Positions 63,746 to 64,000 of a stretch of DNA of 64,000 nt are shown piece after piece. The stretch's first letter is position 1. Each line of letters starts with the position of its first letter. The stretch spans positions 42,842,001-42,906,000 of the forward strand of contig OX638155.1 in assembly GCA_951804945.1 (NCBI GenBank). The letters are read 5' to 3'. The stretch is from Podarcis cretensis (lineage: Eukaryota). The translations under genes and the position numbers were made by a program. Under the pieces are notes generated by a model. That model saw nothing but the letters and a program-made list of their open reading frames with translations. It was not told the DNA's origin and did not search any database.

Positions 63746-63819
63746 AGGATGTAGTAGTTGAATACCACCCATGGTTCCAAACACTTTTCCAGAGTTTGAT
63801 TTCTACAGCTTTCAAATTA

Positions 63820-64000
63820 CAGTCATACCTTGCAAGTCGAGCAGAATCTGTTCCAGAAGTCTGTTCAAATTCTAAAACGTTCGTAAACCAAAGTATGGCT
63901 TCTAATTGGCTGCAGGAAGCTCCTGCAGCCAATCGGAAGCCCCGTTGGACATTTGGCTTCCTAAAATAGTTCACAAACTGGAACAGTCACTTCTGGGTTT
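63820..64000 (+). mobile_element. Left part of another Tigger-like MITE (truncated by window end)
   Basis: TA + cagtcatacct TIR-like start; internal hairpin attggctgcagg..cctgcagccaat. Confidence 0.55.

Overview
Eukaryotic (vertebrate) genomic DNA from a squamate reptile, probably a lacertid lizard, judged from the Sauria-type SINEs, a Bov-B tail and other squamate repeats. It covers the SPIRE1 - PRELID3A(SLMO1) - AFG3L2 block, in the same order and relative orientation that I recall for human 18p11.21. The window holds the 3' coding exons of SPIRE1 (+, 5687-23768), including an intact 174-bp/58-codon cassette matching the mitochondria-targeting 'exon C / exon 13'. It also holds all coding exons of PRELID3A (-, 49496-35996, 185 aa) and exons 1-9 of AFG3L2 (+, 51504-63032, running off the window). 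PRELID3A and AFG3L2 are divergent from two CpG islands about 2 kb apart. All exon borders were read from AG/GT sites and are phase-consistent. Introns and intergenic DNA contain: two young near-identical Sauria SINEs with TSDs; two non-L1 LINE insertions with 5' inversions (twin-priming geometry); Penelope-like fragments carrying minimal hammerhead-ribozyme cores, one folded back into a ~124-bp palindrome; a local cluster of four TA-flanked mariner/Tigger-type MITEs around AFG3L2; and an 810-bp multi-hairpin MITE. Most ORFs in the supplied track are spurious. Homology calls come from recalled protein and repeat sequences, not from database searches.
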